DNA of 62,870 bases, counting the filler, from Octopus bimaculoides (Eukaryota), in NCBI RefSeq assembly GCF_001194135.2. It is 4 parts of 4 records of this genome, joined end to end, with 100 filler letters (N's around TTAATTAATTAA, not from the genome) between each part and the next. Parts side by side here need not be neighbours in the genome. Positions count along the whole stretch, not along the records: positions 28,026 to 41,278 come from NC_068991.1; positions 41,379 to 61,270 come from NC_069000.1; 2 more parts are not named here. One strand, given 5' to 3'. The notes beneath the pieces are model-generated. The model was not told the DNA's origin. It saw only the letters and a program-made list of their open reading frames with translations, and did not search any database. The position numbers were made by a program, and so were the translations under genes. Shown here piece by piece: positions 39,634 to 50,950 of this stretch (position 1 is its first letter; every line of letters starts with the position of its first letter).

Positions 39634-40580
39634 CAGACACATACATACATATGTGTATACATTTATACATATATGTAAATACATATAGGCATATATACTT
39701 ATATATAGTTTACTTTTCCGTTGAGATAAGATCAACAAGATCAACGTCGTTATCGTTGTCATCGTGTCGTCATCTTCATCATTCTCATCATCACGAGCAG
39801 TAACTACTAAAACTACTACCTCTACTCCTACCACTACTGCAACTGCCACTGTTCCTGCTTCAACAACAAGAAGTAGCCACTGCTTCTTCTAGTACATTTA
39901 TGTGAAAATCTCCCACTACTTGGTAGCTCCGTATGCTAGAAATAACAGACAAACGTGCTTCAAATCATACCTTACAGTTTGGAGACAGCTGGAACGTCTC
40001 TAAGATTAAATCTGCTCGATCAGAGCAAAGCAGGAGCTAAACGAGAGCCATTACAACGACCACAGTAGCAATCACCAGCACCACCACCACCACCACTACT
40101 TCAACCCCTACTAAGACAACCACAACAGTAATCATCAACCACTAATACCACTACAACCACCAGCAGCAGAATAACTCCAACAACCAACAGCAACAATACT
40201 GGCCCCGCCGGGGTAGCCGTGAGATGGAACTAACTGGGTCGGAGAAAGATAAGAAGAGGGACGAGCAAATTTATTGTAATCAAGACAAAAGAGGTAAATG
40301 GTTGTCTGAGAGAGAAATTTCGGATAAGATACCAGTGGGATATGTAGTGGCAAGATTGAGAAAAATGAGGAAAATAATTGATGGAAACATAGACAGAGGT
40401 AAGGGTTAGGAGGAAGAGGAGGAGAAGGAGGAGGACGGGGAGGAAGGGATCAGGGAGATGGGAAGGAGGACGAGGAGGGAGGATAAGCGGGTGGGGGACA
40501 TGAGAAAGGTGCCAATACGATAACGAGCGACGAAGATGACGAGAGAAGGAAGCGAATAGTGGAACCTGTATTAGAGTAAT

Positions 40581-40621
<41 letters not shown>

Positions 40622-41079
40622 NNNNNNNNNNNNNNNNNNNNNNNNNNNNNNNNNNNNNNNNNNNNNNNNNNNNNNNNNNNNNNNNNNNNNNNNNNNNNNN
40701 NNNNNNNNNNNNNNNNNNNNNNNNNNNNNNNNNNNNNNNNNNNNNNNNNNNNNNNNNNNNNNNNNNNNNNNNNNNNNNNNNNNNNNNNNNNNNNNNNNNN
40801 NNATATATATATATATATCTGTGTGTATGTATATATGTATAAGTATATTATGTATAAATACATGCATGCATAAATACATAAATACATACATACATACATA
40901 CATACATACATACATACATTAATACATACATGCATACATAAATACATACAAATATACAAACATACATACAATGCATATATTTCTGTCTATACAAACACGT
41001 CTACGGATATGTGTATTTGTGAATGTGAGTCTTTGCGTGTGTATGTGAGCACATGTGTGTGTGTGTGTGTGTGTGTACT

Positions 41080-41121
<42 letters not shown>

Positions 41122-41278
41122 ATTCGTGAGTGTGTGTGTGTGTGTGTTTGAGAGAGAGATTGTGTGTATGTGTACGTGTGTTGTGTGTGTGTGTGTTATG
41201 GCTCCGTCAAAGTTTCGGCGATATTGGCATATTAGCAATTGCCAATTTAAATAAGCTACCATCGACGAACTTTGAAGC

Positions 41279-41378
41279 NNNNNNNNNNNNNNNNNNNNNN
41301 NNNNNNNNNNNNNNNNNNNNNNTTAATTAATTAANNNNNNNNNNNNNNNNNNNNNNNNNNNNNNNNNNNNNNNNNNNN
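41279..41378. other. Artificial scaffold join 44N+TTAATTAATTAA+44N
   Basis: Same structure as 27926-28025. Confidence 0.95.
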
Positions 41379-41419
41379 ATTTAAGGCGTTAAGGGGGCTC
41401 CCAGACGGGAGTAGAAAAA

Positions 41420-41525
41420 CACTATCACGTGACCTTATTAAGGGCTGTGATTGGTCAGTTTGCGTTCTGGCGGGAACGGTTCGAAGAAGTTGCCGATTCG
41501 AATAGTAATCAGTCACGTGATGACA
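41420..41525. promoter_or_regulatory. Probable promoter: two oppositely oriented E-box/CLEAR-like sites, CCAAT box, E2F-like site
   Basis: ATCACGTGAC 41424-41433, ATTGG 41450-41454, GGCGGGAA 41469-41476, GTCACGTGAT 41512-41521; CpG-rich island in AT-rich DNA; followed by ATGGCG|gtaggt at 41601-41612. Confidence 0.6.
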
Positions 41526-41617
41526 AGGAATGGGTTCTCTGCAACGCCCACGTTTATTTATATTTAAATGAGAAGAATGGCGATAGCAGTTTTGTATCTA
41601 ATGGCGGTAGGTAGTTT

Positions 41618-41654
<37 letters not shown>

Positions 41655-42956
41655 CTTATTCTTTGCTACAATTTCAATTAGTAAGAAAGAAATATTGTCT
41701 TAGTCACAATTCAGAAAACTGGTTTATTACATGCACAAACCTATTGCGTCTCTTTTGAAGAAACCTAATTTTTAGAAGAATGAATTTCTCATTATTTATT
41801 GAAGGACCATTATTTGCACATATTTTTCAAGATCAGCACATGCTTTAAATATAACTCATATGTTCAGTCTCATATTTACTTTTCACTGCGGTATAACCTG
41901 TTCTCTTTTTTTCTTTACTCTTTTATTCTTTCTACCTCTCTTTATCTAACAATATCTATCAAGCAATTTATCAATCCGCTTTTGTTCTAACTCTTTCTTT
42001 TTTCTCTATTTCTTTTCATTTTCTCTGTCCCTTCTTTAAATAGAGAATGCCTTCCTCATTCAAGTTTTTCCTGCTGATTTCAAACAAAAAACATCACATC
42101 AATCAGACCAGTCTAAAACAATCTGTTTATATTCACGAGTCCTTTTCTTCCTACTAGGCTGATCTTATCAAAAACAAGTGTGTGTGTATGTGTGATATCA
42201 TCATCATCATCATCACCATCATTTTAGCATCCATTTCCCCATGTCTGCATGGGTCAGGTGGAATTTGTTGAGACAGATTTTTTTATGGCTGGATATTCTT
42301 CCTTTTGCCAACTTTCACTTCAAGTAACATATTTCCCTGTGTCCAGACATGTTTTCAACAAATATTGCCCCTGGACTGGCTCTTGTGCGGGTGGCACATA
42401 AAACACACCATTCTGAGCATGGCCGTTGCCAGTACCGCCTGACTGGCCTTCGTGCGGGTGGCACGTAAACGCACCCATTTACACTCTCTGAGTGGTTGGC
42501 GTTAGGAAGGGTATCCAGCTGTAGAAACTCTGCCAAATCAGATTAGAGCCTGGTGTAGCCATCTGGTTTCACCAGTCCTCAGTCAAATCATCCAACCCAT
42601 GCTAGCATGGAAGGCGGATGTTAAATGATAATGATGATGATGATGATTGGAAGCACCTATTAAAAGAGGAGAATCTATCCCCAAACCAGGACTACTCCCA
42701 CCAAAATCTATGCTCTGTGTTTGTTAAGATATGAAAGGCTCATTGGATATGATTATAGAGATCCCACTTTTCATCACTTGTGATGATTGTACCCAGGAAA
42801 GGCTCAGTAGCAAGTCTTCCCTTTAACGATGAGCAGAAGGTGATGCTTTGATTAAGCTGAGAAACAATCAGGTGATGAGGAAAACACTTTCATTAAGCTG
42901 AGAAGCAGTCAAATGATGAGGGGACACACTGACCAATTTTAGACATTTTCTTTCAG

Positions 42957-43024
42957 TTCATGAATATGTCTTCTGGTTGAAGTGTGATTCTCGTGTAGTA
43001 TGCTTTGGATTTTCCTTGACTAAG
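42957..43024 (+). CDS. Candidate exon for PDZ1 betaA-betaB (HEYVFWLKCDSRVVCFGFSLTK)
   Basis: cattttctttcag acceptor, AAG|gtttgc donor, FGFSL resembles the GLGF loop; no linking betaC-alphaA exon found. Confidence 0.35.
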
Positions 43025-43140
43025 GTTTGCAGAAACTCAATACTGATATAACTTGGCTGTTCAGATCCAGGGGAATCTACAAGAGAAAAATTTCCCAAGC
43101 AAAACTAGCCAAAACATCAATGGTGTGTCCAGACACTTAA

Positions 43141-43361
43141 CCCTTTCGTTACTGTATTTATTTTGAGATGCTCTGTATTTCTTTCAATTACTTTAAATAT
43201 AACAAAGAATTTAGTAAAATAACTTAGTTATCATTAAGCTAGTGTTAGGAACATAAATTGTGACTAAGGTTTGGTGGAAGATTTTTATTCAAAACTTATG
43301 AAAACAAGACATTTGTACTACAGAGCCAGAGCCGGTTTCAGCCGGGTTGGTAACGAAAGGG
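43141..43361. mobile_element. piggyBac-type MITE
   Basis: TTAA|CCCTTTCGTTAC...GTAACGAAAGGG|TTAA. Confidence 0.88.
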
Positions 43362-43693
43362 TTAAAGCTTCATTTCCACAGAATGAATATTTCTTGTTGA
43401 TTCCTTTGCTGAAGAGTCCGTTTTGAATTCATACAACATGCAGTGTCTGATACTGGTCTGATCTAAACTCATTTTAAAATTGATACAAATTTAACCACTG
43501 TAGTAAAAGATAATCTGCAAAAGAACAACAAAACATGAGAATATAAAAATCAATGCTTAAGTACCAAAAAAGTATCCTGAAAATGATCAAAAATGCTACA
43601 GGACTTTCTTTCCAACCTCATATACTTGCAACACTACAGTAGCACTTCCACTTTAACAGTTCTTTAATATTTTTGCTGTATTTATTTCAATAG

Positions 43694-43817
43694 GGATTGC
43701 GACGAGGAGATCACATTTTAGAGGTGAATGGACATGATTTTAGGTATATTACACATGAATCCGCAGTGAAAATCATGCTTTTGGCAACTGAGCTGAATAT
43801 TTTGGTTGATTCTTCAT
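43694..43817 (+). CDS. Tandem-PDZ gene exon, PDZ1 C-half: GLRRGDHILEVNGHDFRYITHESAVKIMLLATELNILVDSS
   Basis: tttatttcaatag acceptor, T|gtaagt donor, phase 0/1; canonical GLxxGDxILEVNG...H..AV PDZ signature; below the ORF track length cutoff. Confidence 0.88.
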
Positions 43818-43964
43818 GTAAGTATTCAGGAGGTTCATCATTCCTTTAATGTTTTAACAGAATTTCTGAATCTTTGTGTCAAGAAAATAAGGAGAATGTT
43901 GTTAGCTCTCAGTGGGAAAGTTATTAGTGTTATGTCATAACCATTTTCCTTCTTCAGAGTTCAG

Positions 43965-43995
43965 ATACTGATGGCAAAATGGTAAAGATAATGAG
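43965..43995 (+). CDS. Tandem-PDZ gene 31-nt linker exon: (Y)TDGKMVKIM(R)
   Basis: The only nearby acceptor (ttcttcagagttcag) that keeps frame, phase 1/2; GAG|gtattg donor. Confidence 0.65.
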
Positions 43996-44108
43996 GTATT
44001 GAACTGTCTACATGAAAGTCATTTCAAATTCACCTTCAAGGGACTTATTGTATGCTTGCACAAGGTACGAGATCAACTGGAGATGTAATGTTTGTTACAT
44101 CTTATAAA

Positions 44109-44178
<70 letters not shown>

Positions 44179-44526
44179 AACAGGTTTCTTTCAGTTTCCA
44201 TCTAGCAAATCCATTCACAATGCTTTGGTCAGCCCAAGGCTACAGCAGAAGACACTTGCCCAAGGTGCTACACAGTGAGACTGAACCTAAAACCCTGTGG
44301 TTGGGAAGCAAGCATCTTACCACACAACCACAGTTATATTTCTTTTCTAGCTTCGTCATATTTTGTCTCAACTTTTACAACGCTCTGTTAAACACCCTTC
44401 CATTCTCCTTCAAAACCTTCTCTTTCACCTTTACACTATATCACCTCTGAATCTAATCACTAATAATAAATTAGTTGCAGGGAATCTGAGAGAGGTATCA
44501 AACCAATCACTAATTCATGACTACAG

Positions 44527-44586
44527 GGAAGAAAATGCCATTATTTACCCGTCACCACAAGGTCGTATTGGCTGTGTCATTACCAG
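44527..44586 (+). CDS. Tandem-PDZ gene exon, PDZ2 betaA-betaB: EENAIIYPSPQGRIGCVIT(R)
   Basis: gactacag acceptor, CAG|gtaagg donor, phase 2/2; GRIGCVI occupies the GLGF loop position. Confidence 0.8.
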
Positions 44587-45709
44587 GTAAGGTTCTCTTA
44601 AAATTCTTCTAAATTGTGGATTTGTACATGTATATATGCTGAGCTGAGAGCCCCTTCAGTCATGACTGACCATGGGATTGCACCTAGAAAGTTACCCTCC
44701 GAGGCACAAGTCCAGGCAAGGTTGTTTGTGGGGCACCTGTGATGTCGCAACTCATTTCTACAGCTGAGTGAACTGGAGCAACATGAAATCAAGTGTCTTG
44801 TTCAAGAACACAACATGCATATGAACCTAAAGTTCTCATATGTGTACACACATACGACAGTTTCTTTCTTTGGAGCTTTGGTAGAAGACACTTGTCAAGG
44901 TATCACAGTGGGACTGAACTCAAGACAATGTCGTTCGGAAGCAAACTTCTCAATCACACAACCATGCCTGCATTCAGGGGATTTGGTTTAGCTGAAAATT
45001 AACAATGGTTTACGAGGTACTTCTTTGAACATATTCTTAAGTTTTCATTTCACTTGAGAGTCTGTGTGGTATACAAAGTAGTCTGTAGTGAATGTGGGGC
45101 ATCCTACGTAAGGATTGCCAGCAGGAAATTGCACATCTGTATAAAAGAACATCTGCACGCGGACACTTAAATAAACAAACGCCGAAAGAAGAAGTGCCAA
45201 ACTCAGAATTTTTAGGTTTCTATCAGGGCCACCCAACGCAACAGGGGAAATCTCAGAATCATGGAGGCCTTCCTTATAAACAAATTGAAACCTGCTATTA
45301 GCAAAAGGAAGGAACTAAAAGAAGCAGACTAGTTGCCATAGCAACACCAGTCTGCACATGTCACCTTCCTCCTCATTCCCCCTCCCCCTCCCTCCTCCCT
45401 TTCCCTTACTCCTCCTTCCCCTTACTCCTCCCTCCCCTTCCTCCTTACTCCCCCACACAACTGAGTAATGACTTTTTTCTAATGCCCTGATGAAGGAGCC
45501 ATAACCCTGAAATATAAAAATACAAGGTAAAACTACAACATTGTTTTGTTTTGTCATCCCTTTTCCTTTTAGCAATTTAATTTGTACTTTCTTACATTGT
45601 TCCAGCCTAACACAACAAATCCCTTTAAATTTATTTCATATTACATATTCCTTTGATCCACGAATGACCCTCTTAAAAATTCTTCTCTCCAACTTGACTC
45701 TTTACATAG

Positions 45710-45806
45710 GGATGGATTCTCGGGAAATGAAGTTGTTGTCAAAAAAGTAATGGCTAATTCTCCTGCTAGCAGTGCCGGTTTGAATGTCGGGGACCATATT
45801 CTAAAG
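45710..45806 (+). CDS. Tandem-PDZ gene exon, PDZ2: DGFSGNEVVVKKVMANSPASSAGLNVGDHILK
   Basis: AG-free zone ending in ctttacatag, AAG|gtatgt donor, phase 2/0; SPA..AGL.VGD.IL motif. Confidence 0.9.
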
Positions 45807-45930
45807 GTATGTTTCATACAGCTCTATATTCATATTTCTCTCCGTATTAAGTATTTTTATTTACTGATAGAACAATGCTCTATGTTATCAATGCTTTATT
45901 TTATCAATTTTCTTTTTATTTCATTCACAG

Positions 45931-46067
45931 ATTGATGGAATTGATGTTAGTTTACTGACAGAGAAACAAATCATATCTCTTATGACATCCTCTAAGAAAG
46001 TGAAACTTACGTTATCAAGGGCTCAGCGTAACAGTGATGACCTGGCATTTTCATCAACGAGATCTAG
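45931..46067 (+). CDS. Tandem-PDZ gene exon, PDZ2 end: IDGIDVSLLTEKQIISLMTSSKKVKLTLSRAQRNSDDLAFSSTRS
   Basis: ttcattcacag acceptor, TAG|gtatct donor, phase 0/2. Confidence 0.9.
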
Positions 46068-46337
46068 GTATCTTTTTATCATCTTTTATATCTTACTTGT
46101 TTCAGTCGCTGGTCTGTGACCATACTGTAGCACTGCCTTGAAGGAAGTTTGTCTGTCTTCATATATATATATATATAGATAGATAGAGTGATAGATAGAG
46201 CGATAGCTATACTTATATATATACAGGATGCAATGAGCACAAAAAGAAAATATTGGAGAAGCAAGGTTTAACAACCTTATATACATATATGTATATATGT
46301 GTGTGTTTTATGTGTGCATGTGGCTTTTATATACATA

Positions 46338-46387
<50 letters not shown>

Positions 46388-46973
46388 CAGCATCATCATC
46401 CATTAACGTCCATTGTCCATGCTGGCATGGGTTGGACGGTTTGACTGGGCTGGAAGGCCACTCCAGTCTGATTTGGCATGGTTTTCTACAGCTGGATGCC
46501 CTTCCTAATACCAACTACTCTGAGAGTGTAATGGATGCTTTTACATGCCACCAGCACGGGTGCCATTTGCGTGACACCGATATCTGCCACGACTGTGATT
46601 TTGCTCAGTTAGATAGGTATACATATTCCTGACACCAATCCAAACTTGTTTTTGATGCTATGCTTACATGCAATCTACTAAATTGTGAAATGTTTTCAAT
46701 ATATTTAAATTTAATGGTTTGTTGCCAACTTAATGTGGCAGTCCCAGGAAAAGAAAGAATGTTACTGCTACTTAACCCCAAGAAACACCGTTTCCAGCTG
46801 GCCATGTGACACAAGCTAAATAGCAGTAGCATTTTTCCCTTTCCTGGGACTGCCACATTAAGTTGGCAACAAACCATCACTTTATTGTGCTGCTACTGTA
46901 TAAATCTCTTTGAGAGATTTAGAAATGTAATATTTCTAATATTTAAATTTGTTTTACATTTTTTAAATTTCAG

Positions 46974-47481
46974 TACAGACTTTTATCATGAGAGACCTTT
47001 CCATATGAGCAGAACCTACAGTTCGGAACACATCTATCCATCATACTCTGGCAGTGATTATGGTGCTTATGGCCATAACTACCCTAGATCACCAAAGATG
47101 ATGAAACATTTAAGCTCATCCCAGCCTCATATATGGTATCACAAATCCACGACATCACGATCTGACCTATCAAGTCCAAACAGAAGCTTCCGCCCTATTT
47201 CTGCGAATATTCCTCGAGCATCACCAAATGCCAATTATTTGAGAGCTGTTTCAAGCCACTTTGATGATATGCATCTTAGTAGTTCTTACTCCTATTACGA
47301 TCCCCACTTGGGCAGTCCTATGACAAAGTTCCCAGGTCGTATTTACCAATCTCGAAGCCTTTCTAATTTAAACAAACCCTTCCAAAAGGAGGATTATGCT
47401 CGGAAATATAAATATAAGAATGCCAAACACAATTCAAATTCTCAGCATTTCTTTGCAGATGATTCTTGGCCTTTGTACTAA
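46974..47481 (+). CDS. Tandem-PDZ gene terminal exon, Ser/Tyr/His-rich predicted-disordered tail ending FFADDSWPLY*
   Basis: ttttaaatttcag acceptor in phase 2 joins the 46885-47481 ORF; exons 43694-47481 total 957 nt, i.e. 318 aa plus stop. Confidence 0.88.
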
Positions 47482-48271
47482 CCCCACACAGAACTGGTCC
47501 CTTGACAAGGGTGCAAGTTTACGTAAACCTAATCATATTGCTTTCAGAAAGTATATATAAGCTGTATTAGGTCTTCAGAAATTATATATAAGCTATATTA
47601 GGTCTTCCCTCCAAATAAATATTACTGTTTGATAGAAACTGGCTACAATACCATATACACTCAAAAGTAAAGAGACACTTTTCATTATACTGCTTTGTCT
47701 ACCTATTAATATGATGCTCAAACAGGTTAAATCATTAACAACTGCATAAAGCATGTCTACTAAATACCAGATTAAGTATTTAAATGCATCAAATTATTTT
47801 GTTTCTAGAAATAAACCATACCAAAATGATGGTGTCTCAAAATGATACTTTTGAGATGTCTGTGTACTCATTGATGTTTTGTATATATGTAGTACTTGTG
47901 ATTTTGTATGGAGGCAAAAGAAATCAGTTATTAGATATTATATCATATTGCAAACTCATGCATGTACTCTAGAGTTTTTGGTGAGTCTCTACTAAATACA
48001 GGATACCTAATTTGACTCGCCTCTTATTCTATCTCCTACCCAAACCATAAGAATGTTTGTCTATTATCCTTTTAATACTAGAGATTCCAGAACTGGACAG
48101 TATGTTTATCAGCTTCTGTGTGTGTGTATTAAGTGTATCTTATTATTTTATGGGAGTACAAACTGCCTTATAGCGGCCAATGGTTTCATCCTAGTTAGGG
48201 ATTTTGCAACCAGTGAAACAATGTCATGTATATATGTGTGTGTGTGTGTGTGTAATACACACACATATATA

Positions 48272-48522
48272 TAGGGTTGGTCAAAAGCCACTTGACAGTA
48301 AATGAAAATTCTATAAATACTTAATATTCAATTTTGTTTATTCATTCCAATTATGAATGTTTAATAATTGAATGCTCTGAGTTAAAATCACCGGTTTTTT
48401 TTTTGTTTGTTTTTCAACATTTGTCTATTTATTAGCAAAGTCTCATATAAAATAATTTTTTGTTTTAATCTTGGATTTAAATGGGTGTTTATTTACTGTC
48501 AGGTGACTTTTGGCCAACTCTG
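48272..48522. mobile_element. Tc1-type MITE
   Basis: TA flanks; ~30-bp TIR (C)AGGGTTGGYCAAAAGYCACYTGACAGTAAAT. Confidence 0.8.
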
Positions 48523-48709
48523 TATTATTCTTAAACAAGAATACAATTGATTTGATAGTGACTTCAAAGTTTCAACCAACTCTCACTGTCAATCATATTC
48601 TTGTTTAAGAATAATAAATTTGTACTCTACAAAAGTATAGAGTAACTCATCAGATTAATGTAAAATTGTTCTTATTTTAACTAAGCACAAAAGCAAACAT
48701 TAATATATA

Positions 48710-49020
48710 CAGGGTGCTATGAATAAATTGTCATCTAATTTATGCAAAAATGAAAATAACACTGCCATCTCATTTTAACAGATATATTTACCAAAATTTC
48801 AGAAAAATATCTTGAAATACGAGCAAATTTATTCAATAAAATCGCCATTGGCTTCAACCATGGCCTCCAGACGACTTCAGAATCTCCTACAACTCTTCTG
48901 GATGGCTGCCTTGTTTAAGTTGGTGAATGCTGCCATAATTCTTGCCTTCAGTTCATCTTTGGTGTTACAAGGAGTTTTGTTGGTCTCTCACTCAACTGCA
49001 CTCTACACATAATAATCAAG
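48710..49020 (-). mobile_element. maT/DD37D-like mariner transposase 3' remnant
   Basis: - strand LDYYV...TNKTPCNTKDELKARIMAA; TA|CAGGGTG terminus. Confidence 0.75.
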
Positions 49021-49496
49021 TTTGAATTGTTTCCAAAGGAATTTTTGCTCATTCTTCAGCTAAAATAGTCTCCAGTTCTTGTAGTGATCACGGTAGAGGA
49101 TATCACCTCCTTACTTGTTTTTCTAAAATGCACCATAAATGTTCAATAATATTGAGATCTGGAGACTGTGGTGGCCAGATAAGATGTTCAACTTCACTAG
49201 AATGTTCCTCTGTTGGCTGTCTCCACACATATACTCGGCCGGAGGTCAGAAATAGGGTAATGGATGACTCATCCAAGAAAATAACATTTTTCCACTGCTC
49301 TAGGGACCAATTCTGTAGGGACGTTATATAGACCTCCTTGATAGCAACAGCAACAACAATTTTAGCAAAACATATTAAGCAACACTAATAATAAATCAAA
49401 GAACATAAAAATAAACAAGTTTTTGATGGTTTTATGCATATTTCAAAATTATGATGCTATGATGTTAGGTGTTTCCATTATTTCGTCCAACCCCTG
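49020..49496 (-). mobile_element. Internally deleted Tc1 copy
   Basis: - strand WPPQSPDLNIIEHLW; terminus matches the copy ending at 62015. Confidence 0.8.
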
Positions 49497-49784
49497 TATA
49501 CACACACATACACACACACATATATATATGCATGCATGTATGTATGTATGTATATATATATATATATATNNNNNNNNNNNNNNNNNNNNNNNNNNNNNNN
49601 NNNNNNNNNNNNNNNNNNNNNNNNNNNNNNNNNNNNNNNNNNNNNNNNNNNNNNNNNNNNNNNNNNNNNCTTGAGAAATTTTAATCGGACAAATCGACCC
49701 CAGGACTTGATTTTTTTTTTTTTAAGTCTGGTACTCTTTTGCCAAGTCATTAAGTTACAATGACACACACACACATATATATAT

Positions 49785-49945
49785 ACAATGGGCTTCTTTC
49801 AGTTTCCACCAACTCAAATCTACTGACAGAGCGTTGGTTGCCATGAAGCAATAATAGAAGACACTTACCCAAGGTCCCATGCAGCGGGACTGAAACCAGA
49901 ACCATGTTGTTGGGGAAGCAAACTTCTTAGCACACAGCCACATCT
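49785..49945 (-). mobile_element. Second SINE family; other copies ~2817-2975 (+), 22470-22625 (-), 26262-26400 (+), 44180-44330 (-), 44862-44970 (-)
   Basis: Shared gtggtaagaagcttgcttcccaaccacatggttc..ttcagtcc...accttgggcaagtgtcttct. Confidence 0.8.
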
Positions 49946-49953
49946 GTGCATAT

Positions 49954-50010
<57 letters not shown>

Positions 50011-50171
50011 TTATATGTATGTGCATTTTTTCAATGTCTACAAATAACACGGAAAAAATAAATAAATAGTTACCAGGGTAGCAAAAATTCACATATGTGC
50101 CAAGGATATTACAGCCTACTTATAAAGGTAGAAGTTCCAGGGTTTAGTGAATTGTTTTTATATTACATAGA

Positions 50172-50950
50172 TAAATTAAGAAATGGAGTTACATGCAAGT
50201 GTTATTCAAATCTTTATACTTCTGACATATGTTTTGAAGAAAACATTGGTATTATTCATTTAGACATATCAATAAACGCAACAATACTGGGCTTAGTAAA
50301 TTAATTTGGTCTCTAAAGGAACATATTAAACAATTTGGTTCGGAATGGAACATTCTATCTAGATCCTTTCCATATGATAAAGGTAAATCCTTTTGTCTGC
50401 TCTGTACCGAAGAACAGTATGTCATTCTGTTCTCTTGTAAACACGTATGTCATTTTGTTCTCTTGTAAACACATTTAAAGAATGCATTCATCATTGCAAA
50501 CATTGGCAAAAACATACCTTTAGTTCCTATAAGTAGTTTCTACCAATCTTTAAAATTCGACTTTTGACTGTCTTCTTAGATTTCATTTCCACTACATATA
50601 TCTATTTACACACCACTCATCTATTACACTATATTTCTCCACTCTTAATTTTCTGTTAATTTCTTTCTTTCTCCTCTTTCTCTTTCTCTAAATTGCCTTT
50701 GACATTAAATCTATTAATGTTTTTTTTTTAAATAACTTACCAGTGTTCCCTTCATCATATACGCAGTAATAACATTTGATTAAAATGGCTTATTGGTGTG
50801 TTTTGTTTCTCTTATTTTCCATGACAAGATGATTACATTGTTTTGCATCATTTTATTCCCTCGGGAATAATACCAATGTTTTCTTCGAAACATATGCCGG
50901 AAGTATAAAGATTTGAATAACACCTGCGTTTAACTCCATTTCTTAATTTA
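50172..50950 (+). mobile_element. Second Penelope-like family remnant with an 86-bp inverted terminal fragment
   Basis: WNILSRSFPYDKGKSFCLLCTEE at 50346-50414 resembles the PLE GIY-YIG C-terminus (W.IL.....Y......C.LC..E); 50172-50257 and 50865-50950 are inverted repeats. Confidence 0.7.

Larger units (their letters stand above)
28026..41278. repeat. Microsatellite-rich block (GAT, GGT, CA, TA, GTAT, TAGA, TTA) with several N gaps and no convincing exon
   Basis: Simple repeats visible directly; the long ORFs here run through N gaps and triplet tracts. Confidence 0.85.

Noticed and set aside
41429-41614. GTG-initiated ORF over the PDZ promoter
   Set aside because: The start lies inside an E-box and there is no in-frame ATG; more likely promoter/5' UTR
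45486-45515. CTGATGA-AGG...CCT-GAAA hammerhead-like string
   Set aside because: Only a 3-bp stem II and no stem I or III pairing
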